DNA from: Meyerozyma guilliermondii
Lineage: Eukaryota
Direction: 5' to 3'
Assembly (NCBI GenBank): GCA_051546255.1
Contig: CP128816.1
Span: 1,364,001 to 1,428,000, forward strand
DNA length: 64,000 nt
The notes under the pieces were generated by a model. It had not been told where the DNA came from. It made no database searches and was given only the letters and a program-made list of their open reading frames with translations. Each line of letters opens with the position of its first letter. Position 1 is the stretch's first letter. A program made the translations under genes and the position numbers. This document shows positions 63,290 through 64,000 of the stretch, in pieces.

Positions 63290-64000
63290 TTACTGGCAAC
63301 ACAACTTGTTCCAAAAGGTTTTTTCCTCATGATCATTGACCTGCTGTTGCTCGTATTGGTTGGCATGGTGACCAGGAGAACTATCGTAATTGTTAGCCAA
63401 TCCGTTGTTCTTGGCCATCATATCTGGAACGGGACCCAGCTCCTGCTTGATAGGAGGAAGAGGACGGTTGACCAAATGCTGCAACTTTTGTTGGTGAAGC
63501 TGAGCTGCTGACAATTGCTGCTGTTGAGCTGGTGATTGCTGGCCCAGGCTGGTTTGGTGATGTGCGCGCAGCCGCCGCTGGTCTCTGTGTCTTCTATCTC
63601 TATCGTTGGGGGGATTAGGATGGCCATACCCGTGCAAATTGGGCTTTTTGTTGATGGTGGCATCCCATCCTTTCCCGCCGTTAAGATGCAACCAATCAAA
63701 GTCCCCGTCACAAGATTGTCCCAAGTCGTCTAATATCGACAAAAAGAGCATTCTGTACTCTTCGTACGCCGGCTCGGCATCGAAAGGAAGCGACCGCACC
63801 AGGTCCAAGTACTCGGCAAACTGGCGAGGCAATCCGTCGCACAAGGTGACGGCAGGAGTGGTACGTTTTTTGTCACCAATTTTCTCGTACTTTTGCTTAT
63901 TAGTGGGTGCCTTCAATCCTTGCCATGGCAATTGTCCTCTCAAAAAATAGAAAAATACATGGCCCAATGCTTCAAGGTCATCACGTCTCAGCTGTTCTCT
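63290..64000 (-). CDS. YCK2: Casein kinase I, 3' part (runs off the window)
   Basis: RRDDLEALGHVFFYFLRGQLPWQGLKA, Gln-rich tail, C-terminal CC palmitoylation motif. Confidence 0.9.
   Translation of the reverse strand, partial: REQLRRDDLEALGHVFFYFLRGQLPWQGLKAPTNKQKYEKIGDKKRTTPAVTLCDGLPRQFAEYLDLVRSLPFDAEPAYEEYRMLFLSILDDLGQSCDGDFDWLHLNGGKGWDATINKKPNLHGYGHPNPPNDRDRRHRDQRRLRAHHQTSLGQQSPAQQQQLSAAQLHQQKLQHLVNRPLPPIKQELGPVPDMMAKNNGLANNYDSSPGHHANQYEQQQVNDHEEKTFWNKLCCQ

Overview
Gene-dense eukaryotic DNA from a budding yeast that very probably reads CUG as serine (Candida/Debaryomyces/Meyerozyma-type clade; the species cannot be determined from sequence alone). The ORF track therefore mistranslates many serines as leucines. 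The window has about 36 protein-coding genes, mostly conserved: SIW14, AIM19, a divergent H3/H4 pair, SDS3, an Mpr1-like GNAT, SPT10, URA2, an MFS transporter, TRK1, IMP4, MLF3/VHS2-like, TSC11, Iec3-like, ASF1, YKR041W-like, a PIN-like transporter, RHB1, YND1, FYV10, BMT5, UBP1, PUB1, TRM12, CRZ1, SAM50, CAB2, SSN8, LAC1, AVT, KIP3, YNL208W-like, CHS4, UBC6, a methyltransferase, a 2OG-Fe(II) oxygenase and partial YCK2. I found no tRNA, rRNA, transposon or CRISPR. Gene identities come from recalled family motifs, not database searches. No clearly new biological system is demonstrable. The best leads are: (1) H3/H4 with an 11-bp-phased promoter array close to SDS3, a stand-alone copy of the Spt10 GNAT domain and SPT10 itself; (2) a ~34-bp AT-rich minisatellite between SPT10 and URA2; (3) dense CUG clusters in the regulatory region of CRZ1; (4) a divergent methyltransferase/dioxygenase pair sharing a repeated promoter motif; (5) introns missed by the ORF track in SDS3 and SSN8, with candidates in the URA2 and CHS4 5' UTRs.
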